DNA of 64,000 nt, from positions 1-64,000 of IMG/VR virus record IMGVR_UViG_3300028392_000059; one strand, written 5' to 3'. Both the position numbers and the translations under genes were made by a program. Positions 58,445-64,000 of this stretch are shown piece after piece; position 1 is the first letter of the stretch; each line of letters begins with the position of its first letter. The notes under the pieces were generated by a model, which saw nothing but the letters and a program-made list of their open reading frames with translations, made no database searches and was not told where the DNA came from. The DNA is from a virus.

Positions 58445-58763
58445 CGCGAGCATTCTTTGCAATGTCAACTGCCTTACGAGCAGTAGAAATCAGCTTATCA
58501 GTGTGCAATGCTTTAATTTCATCGAGAGCATCACGATACTTGTCGCCACGATCACGAAGCTTTACAGTTGTTTCCTTATAACCCTGCAATGTCTGTTCTT
58601 TGCTGGCAAGCCTACTTGCAAGATCGTCAATTGAAAGCTTTGTAAGACTGTGGCTTTCAATCTCTGCAAACAAGTCGTTAACAGCTTGCCTTGTGCCTCC
58701 TGAAAGAATAAAGCAGGCAACAATGAGAAAAGCAATTACGAGGCATAGTGCAAAATAAATCAT
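58434..58763 (-). CDS. single-TM coiled-coil protein
   Basis: N-terminal TM plus heptad repeats. Confidence 0.6.
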   Translation of the reverse strand: MIYFALCLVIAFLIVACFILSGGTRQAVNDLFAEIESHSLTKLSIDDLASRLASKEQTLQGYKETTVKLRDRGDKYRDALDEIKALHTDKLISTARKAVDIAKNARDAN

Positions 58764-59740
58764 TCTTCAAATACCTTATCAATGAGAATACCAAGGTAGG
58801 TAGCGTCAACCTTACCTTCAGCATTTTTAAGTTCAGAAATTAGCTGACTCATATAAGCCATATCTACACCAATCAGCTGCTCTTTAAGTACAGACCTGTT
58901 CATAAGGTCAACGCCCTGAAGCTGAATGATAATCTTAAGCATTTGACCAGCAGAAATACGCCAGCCACGCTTGATAAACTTACGTGTACGAAACAATGAT
59001 GCAACAGGGTACAGTGAACCCTTGTACACTAATGTCTTCGAAAGCATACATTCAAGTGCTTCGGGAGCTACAGTGACTTCCTTGGTAGAGTGATCGTAGT
59101 AGCCCATTGCATGTGCAAAATCAAATGTACGGTGAATTTCTGAAGGGTTACCCCAGAAACGAATAATCAACTGAATTTTATCAGACAACGTAATTGCATT
59201 ATCTGTAAGAAACACAGGACGGTACTTAGGTTTCTTAACAGAAGGTTTCAATTCATCAGCTGCATCTTCTGCAAACCCTGCAGGGTCTTCAAGAGGTACG
59301 TCATTGCCAAGAAGAAAATCTTCTGCTTCAAATTCAGGCTGGCTCTCAAAATAGTTGTAATCTACACCTTGGTCTTCTTCTGCTGTGCCTGCAGATTGCA
59401 TCCAAATGACTACACGCTCTTCTTCTTCACCAAGGATATTCTTTACTGTAATGGTCTTAAGTTTAGGCGCGTAACCCTTAACTTTAGCCTTAAGATCATT
59501 GTTGCTATTGAACTCAGCGATATAATACTCCGCAACAGCAATAGCAGTTTCTTTGTTGCGAAAGTAAATATCGTAATCGTTTACCTTTTCACCAATCAAC
59601 ATTGATGCAATAGAACCACCTGTTACAATGGTGTTATGCTTAGCAATGTTACGGACGCTTTCATCTTTAATTGACTCTAGCCACTTATCTACTTCACGTG
59701 AAATAATGAGGCCAATTGTACGCTTACGAAGTCCACTCAT
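58760..59740 (-). CDS. Pol-beta superfamily nucleotidyltransferase-like protein
   Basis: IVTGGSIASML.GE.VNDYDIYF, NAITL, IQLI, FDF.H, R..KF..RGW. Confidence 0.78.
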   Translation of the reverse strand: MSGLRKRTIGLIISREVDKWLESIKDESVRNIAKHNTIVTGGSIASMLIGEKVNDYDIYFRNKETAIAVAEYYIAEFNSNNDLKAKVKGYAPKLKTITVKNILGEEEERVVIWMQSAGTAEEDQGVDYNYFESQPEFEAEDFLLGNDVPLEDPAGFAEDAADELKPSVKKPKYRPVFLTDNAITLSDKIQLIIRFWGNPSEIHRTFDFAHAMGYYDHSTKEVTVAPEALECMLSKTLVYKGSLYPVASLFRTRKFIKRGWRISAGQMLKIIIQLQGVDLMNRSVLKEQLIGVDMAYMSQLISELKNAEGKVDATYLGILIDKVFEE

Positions 59741-60030
59741 TTGGTATCCTTGGGAATTACAAAGAGAAATGCGGGCGTACGACACACACTATTTCGAATG
59801 TGATACGTACGCGCTCTATACTCTGGATGCACTTGATTGTTGTTTGCACGCTCGGAGCATGTACGTCCTGTTCGTACTTTAGCTCCGTCAGGGATTTGCT
59901 CTGCTGCAAGTAGTACAGAGTTTTCGTACACTTCAAGAACACGTCGTCGTCGAAGGTCTACACGAGAAATACAACCTGTTTGTAGTACTTCATCACCAAC
60001 TTTAATTTCAGTACCTTCAAAGTCTTGCAT
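59737..60030 (-). CDS. hypothetical protein
   Basis: D..G.EI.VGD.V start pattern. Confidence 0.6.
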   Translation of the reverse strand: MQDFEGTEIKVGDEVLQTGCISRVDLRRRRVLEVYENSVLLAAEQIPDGAKVRTGRTCSERANNNQVHPEYRARTYHIRNSVCRTPAFLFVIPKDTK

Positions 60031-60289
60031 TACGTTCGCCTAGCATTTCATCAATCAACGTCAAGTTAGTTGTATAAAATTCATCAACTACCGTAACGTC
60101 AGAATAGCACAAAATATTATCACCGTCGCGTGTAATAAAGAATGGTCGACGCGCAATTGTCTTTTTGCGTACTTTAGCACGAACAGCGTTACCATCTTCA
60201 TCAAAGTCTACAGAAATAAGCATGTCACATATCCATTTTGTCTCGAAAACCGAGTGCTCTGGCTTGTCTAGGTTTATCTTTAGCACCAT
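60017..60289 (-). CDS. hypothetical protein
   Basis: 90-aa ORF, start uncertain. Confidence 0.5.
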   Translation of the reverse strand: MVLKINLDKPEHSVFETKWICDMLISVDFDEDGNAVRAKVRKKTIARRPFFITRDGDNILCYSDVTVVDEFYTTNLTLIDEMLGERNARL

Positions 60290-61124
60290 GTGGAAAATGA
60301 CGAAACTTAAGGTACTTACCTTTATCTCGTGGCCAATGGTGCCAGATATCTTGAAGTTGATCTGCGGTAAAACAACCTGGAGCTACACTAATAAGGTCAC
60401 CTTTAAAGCTGACTTTAAACTTACCAGTAGAATCTGCGCCTACTTTACCTTCTTTAGATGAACTTCGTTTAGCATTACCTAGGGCATCTCTAGTTTGTTC
60501 GTTGTTATTAGTCTGTTTCTCTACAAGATCTTCTAGAATGCCTTCATCATCTTGCTCCCTCTTGATTTTGTAAACGAGTCCTTGAAGAAATGTTCCTCGG
60601 CCACATTTATAATGCCCAATAGGGCTTTTAGCAATGACGCCTTCATAACCTGCTTCAAGAAATTCTGCTTCAGCTTCTAGTAGCTCATCTTCATTTTCAA
60701 CAGAACGTTGAGGTACAAGCGTGTACACATCAAAGTCTTTGATAACTTCAAAAAGCTTCTCTAAACGCTGATAGAAAGGTTTAATTAACCAGTCATCATG
60801 CGTGTAATCGAATACATAATACGATATATCACCCGGTTTATCTCCTGACATAATATGTGATTGTGATCGATTGTACACACCGAAATCTGTAGCAACACCA
60901 GCGATTAACTCACCGTCAAGATGATCAACCATGGTGAATTCTTCTTGCACTTGCAAAGATGGAATTTCAATAAGCTTCCTAGAAAGCATTCTACCACCTT
61001 TAGTAAGACCTCTAATACCATCATACTTAGGTGATACCATAAGTGGGTATTGAAGTTTACCAAAGAAGTTAGGGACTTTCAAAGGACTTTCATTAGGTGC
61101 AAGCATTGGTCCTTTAAAGAGCAC
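60225..61124 (-). CDS. lig: ATP-dependent DNA ligase
   Basis: PMLA, motif I PKYDGIR, LDGEL, YYVFD, GYEGVI.K, Y..GR, KIK. Confidence 0.93.
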   Translation of the reverse strand: MLFKGPMLAPNESPLKVPNFFGKLQYPLMVSPKYDGIRGLTKGGRMLSRKLIEIPSLQVQEEFTMVDHLDGELIAGVATDFGVYNRSQSHIMSGDKPGDISYYVFDYTHDDWLIKPFYQRLEKLFEVIKDFDVYTLVPQRSVENEDELLEAEAEFLEAGYEGVIAKSPIGHYKCGRGTFLQGLVYKIKREQDDEGILEDLVEKQTNNNEQTRDALGNAKRSSSKEGKVGADSTGKFKVSFKGDLISVAPGCFTADQLQDIWHHWPRDKGKYLKFRHFPHGAKDKPRQARALGFRDKMDM

Positions 61125-61431
61125 AAAGCCACTCCGTATGGTACTTAAGCTTATATTCAATACGCTTAGCAATAGCGTCTTCATCAAGTCCAAGTTCTGT
61201 GATTGCCAATCCACACATTGCAATAATATCTGCAATTTCTTCCTGGAGCCACTGTCGATTAGGCTTTAGTGTAGTAGGCTCAACTTCATCAACACCTTGA
61301 ATAATACAACGACTTGCTGCTGATCCACCTTCGTTAAGCTCTTCACCTAGTTTACCAAGACAAGCCAATATTTTCTTATCTGTAATAGGCTGCCAATGCG
61401 ATGGCCTACCTTTATAATATTCTTCTGTCAT
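61114..61431 (-). CDS. MazG-like NTP pyrophosphohydrolase
   Basis: KLGEELNE...LQEEIAD. Confidence 0.75.
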   Translation of the reverse strand: MTEEYYKGRPSHWQPITDKKILACLGKLGEELNEGGSAASRCIIQGVDEVEPTTLKPNRQWLQEEIADIIAMCGLAITELGLDEDAIAKRIEYKLKYHTEWLCAL

Positions 61432-61444
61432 ACATTTTCCGTTT

Positions 61445-61473
61445 AAAAGGGAGGCCAAATTAATGACCTCCCT
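61445..61473 (-). terminator. intrinsic terminator
   Basis: AGGGAGGTCA-TTAATT-TGGCCTCCCT-TTT. Confidence 0.75.
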
Positions 61474-61476
61474 GTA

Positions 61477-61707
61477 TTAAAACTTAGTAGCTTTTACAAT
61501 ATCTTTCATAATGATTTCAACATCACTGTTGTCTAGCATCATTACATCTTCAACTGTAATAGGCTCATTATCTATTAGAGTAATAGCTGCAAGTAGTACA
61601 GCACGTTGCATAGGTAATGGTTGTTGGTTTGCAAGCAAAACATCACCATACTTAGGTCGTCTGTATTCCGCACATCTGCCATCAATTAGATAATGCGCTC
61701 CTACCAT
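61477..61707 (-). CDS. hypothetical protein
   Basis: follows the RNR stop; DIJ-like LD..D...I C-terminus not diagnostic. Confidence 0.5.
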   Translation of the reverse strand: MVGAHYLIDGRCAEYRRPKYGDVLLANQQPLPMQRAVLLAAITLIDNEPITVEDVMMLDNSDVEIIMKDIVKATKF

Positions 61708-61708
61708 C

Positions 61709-63646
61709 TCACCTGATCGGACATGCACCTGTTGCGCATTCGTCTCCACCTTCGAATTCGGCAGCATTAACCGACTCGATAAGCCTAGTTTTCGCAACAA
61801 GCTCATTGTAAGCATCTTCAGTTACTTCTTCATACGGTGCTTGATCAAAACCGTGCCCACTGTGCAAGAGGAAAGATAAGCTCTTATGAGAACCCCGATA
61901 ATTAGCTTCAAGATACTTTCGAATCTCAGGAAGCTCTTCAAGCTTATAATATACAGTACAGCTTACACTGTTATCAGACCACTCTGCCTGAAGCTTTTGA
62001 ACAACCTTAAGCTGATCAATAGCAGACATTTCACTGGCCATAACAGCATTATCAGGGTAGCGATAAGGGAAAGTAACAATTACTGAGCCATAATCGGGTG
62101 TACCATCAAAGTTACGCTTATACTCGACAGGGTACCCATGGTCACGACAAACCTCAACAAGAGGACTATCAGATGCAACTGTGATACGACGATACATAAA
62201 GCGTGCATAGCCTGGATGACATCCAGGAAGCACACCAGGCAGAAGACTAAGAGTACCCGACGGCTTAACGGTGGTAAGCTTAATCGAGGGATTCATCTTC
62301 TTGATTTGACTATACTCAAGGTCAAAAGCACGCAAATGGTCATAGCCGTTAGAAAGCCAATTCCACTGAGCCTGACTTGCTTGAAGGACACCGGTTACAC
62401 CAATACCCATACGCATATTGCGATGCACAACAGCTTCTGTATCGCGATTGTGGCAAGGTAGCATCAGCGAATGTTTGTTGATGCGATAGATGAGTTCAAG
62501 GATATCAAGAAATTCTACGTAGCTATCGACATTAGGCATGAAAACTTCTGCTAGGCAGCACGTTTCCTTGTCTTCGAGCGACTGCTCTGCGCACGGATTG
62601 TAGCCTTGCACATTTGCATCTGGATAGTCATAGTCTCCAAGGCGGCCAACAGCCCTCGACAATTCGAGGTTGATAAGTCCATAGGGTTCGCCCTTACCTT
62701 CATACCCGTCCCAGAAATAATCATGAAGCTCTCCAATGTTAGAACATGCAACAGAATTATTAGACATAGAGCGCCACTTAGGAATGTTACCCAAGTCCCA
62801 CCGCTTAGCCAGCAAGAATTCAATATCATCAGGATCGCCAATAGCAATCTGAGCAGACCTACGAACGTTACCAGCAACAATGATCCAAGCAATGAGGTTC
62901 ATAATATCAAGTGCATCAACTGGCCTGATCTTCTTACCCGCACGCTTAATCAGAATGTTACTGATTTCGTTAATACCCCAAACGAGGTCTTCAGGCCCAC
63001 TAGCTGTACCACCAAAACCTTTGATAGGAGTACCCTTACCACGGATAGCGCCTGTCCAGTAGGTGAAATGACCCTTATCAGTCTCTTCAGACAGAAAAGC
63101 AGCCTTAAGTGTTTTGCCAAGAAACTTTACCCAACCCTCACGACTATCAGGGATGATAAAATCGGCACCAGCATCTTCAACGCGTGTGGGTGCTTTAAAC
63201 CAAGGCTTTACTTCAGGAAGTTTGTTAACGTGTTCACGCTGAATGTTAAAGCCTACACCTGAACCAAGTGCAAGCATATCCATTGCCCAACAGAATGGAC
63301 GAATAGGATGGTCAACAACTGTAAATGCACAATTCTGCAGAGAAGCAAGACCGAGACGATCTACAGTACCAGTACCAAGTTGCCAAAGAAAACGGCCAGC
63401 AACAGAGCACTTAAGCTTCAGCATATAATCGCGTAGACGATTTTCTTCATCAACTGTGAAACCAACATTAAGCTGCGTACGACAAGCATTAATAATACGC
63501 TCTACCGTGTCAGTAAACTCTTCTGTCTTACCAAGAGAATTACCATCTTCATCAAACAAAGGTCTAGCATAAGTACGCTTGTACGTAAGATATCCAACAG
63601 GACTCCAAGGCGTCTTAATATCATTCATAATTACGGTTTCACCCAT
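61709..63646 (-). CDS. nrdJ: class II (adenosylcobalamin-dependent) ribonucleotide reductase
   Basis: RTYAR, NCAF, IPDSREGW, FGGTASGP, GNVRRSA, NPCAEQ, TVKPSGT, C-terminal CATGACPIR. Confidence 0.93.
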   Translation of the reverse strand: MGETVIMNDIKTPWSPVGYLTYKRTYARPLFDEDGNSLGKTEEFTDTVERIINACRTQLNVGFTVDEENRLRDYMLKLKCSVAGRFLWQLGTGTVDRLGLASLQNCAFTVVDHPIRPFCWAMDMLALGSGVGFNIQREHVNKLPEVKPWFKAPTRVEDAGADFIIPDSREGWVKFLGKTLKAAFLSEETDKGHFTYWTGAIRGKGTPIKGFGGTASGPEDLVWGINEISNILIKRAGKKIRPVDALDIMNLIAWIIVAGNVRRSAQIAIGDPDDIEFLLAKRWDLGNIPKWRSMSNNSVACSNIGELHDYFWDGYEGKGEPYGLINLELSRAVGRLGDYDYPDANVQGYNPCAEQSLEDKETCCLAEVFMPNVDSYVEFLDILELIYRINKHSLMLPCHNRDTEAVVHRNMRMGIGVTGVLQASQAQWNWLSNGYDHLRAFDLEYSQIKKMNPSIKLTTVKPSGTLSLLPGVLPGCHPGYARFMYRRITVASDSPLVEVCRDHGYPVEYKRNFDGTPDYGSVIVTFPYRYPDNAVMASEMSAIDQLKVVQKLQAEWSDNSVSCTVYYKLEELPEIRKYLEANYRGSHKSLSFLLHSGHGFDQAPYEEVTEDAYNELVAKTRLIESVNAAEFEGGDECATGACPIR

Positions 63647-64000
63647 GTTGTCTCAACTTTTGTAAATTCATCTTCAACGGGAATAGCCGTCAATCGCCCT
63701 GTTGATTGATTATACATAGCACCACGAACAATACCTGTAAGACCGGTTGTACGTGCTTTCAACACTGCCATGTTAATTGTGTTTCTTGTGTTATCATCTT
63801 CTGCATTCATATCACGTGCAAAGCCAATGATATCAAAGGAAATCTGCTTGATTGAACCAGAGCCTTTGATGTCATCCATTGTAGGAATCTTACCTTGTTC
63901 AAATGATACTGCACCTTGACCTACTTTACGTAAGTGAGATACAAGACCAATCCAAACAGGGTACTTCTTTACAAGAGCAAGAAGATCGTTCATGATCTTA
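63631..64000 (-). CDS. primase/helicase C-terminus (T7 gp4/DnaB-like), partial
   Basis: LVSHLRK, DIKGSGSIKQIS, VLKAR.TG.TG, Y...TGRL. Confidence 0.9.
   Translation of the reverse strand, partial: KIMNDLLALVKKYPVWIGLVSHLRKVGQGAVSFEQGKIPTMDDIKGSGSIKQISFDIIGFARDMNAEDDNTRNTINMAVLKARTTGLTGIVRGAMYNQSTGRLTAIPVEDEFTKVETTWVKP

Noticed and set aside
1-64000. Alternative genetic code, introns or inteins
   Set aside because: Terminase, portal, RNAP, TMP, ligase and RNR read intact at expected lengths in the standard code; no suppressor tRNA seen
1-64000. CRISPR array, DGR, integrase or IS element
   Set aside because: No regularly spaced repeats, reverse transcriptase, recombinase or transposase motifs seen by eye

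Overview
A 64-kb internal segment of a large, probably lytic, long-tailed (siphovirus-type) dsDNA phage of roughly 40% GC (estimated by eye). Essentially all real genes lie on the minus strand. Reading in the direction of transcription (right to left): (1) end of a replication and nucleotide-metabolism block (primase/helicase C-terminus, class II ribonucleotide reductase, MazG-like protein, ATP-dependent ligase, Pol-beta-like nucleotidyltransferase); (2) about 15 kb of small accessory genes with tRNA-Leu, tRNA-Thr and several likely counter-defence genes (Acb2-like, Y16Q/crAss001_48-like, Mesh1-like HD hydrolase, macro-like protein, Cys-less thioredoxin); (3) the late region: terminase, an unusual fibre-like module between terminase and portal, portal, a 4-gene insert, a 1550-aa MuF (SPP1 gp7-type) minor head protein fused to a T7-family single-subunit RNA polymerase, scaffold, capsid, neck, tail tube, tail chaperones with a lambda-type -1 frameshift, a 3288-aa tape measure with an embedded zinc peptidase, and the tail tip; (4) lysis genes, tRNA-Lys and more small genes. 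The most notable system is the MuF-RNAP fusion together with five co-oriented copies of a non-T7, non-sigma70 16-bp motif (GAmmCCGTTArmTTAA) in front of the operons. All family calls come from motif recognition by eye; no database searches were run.
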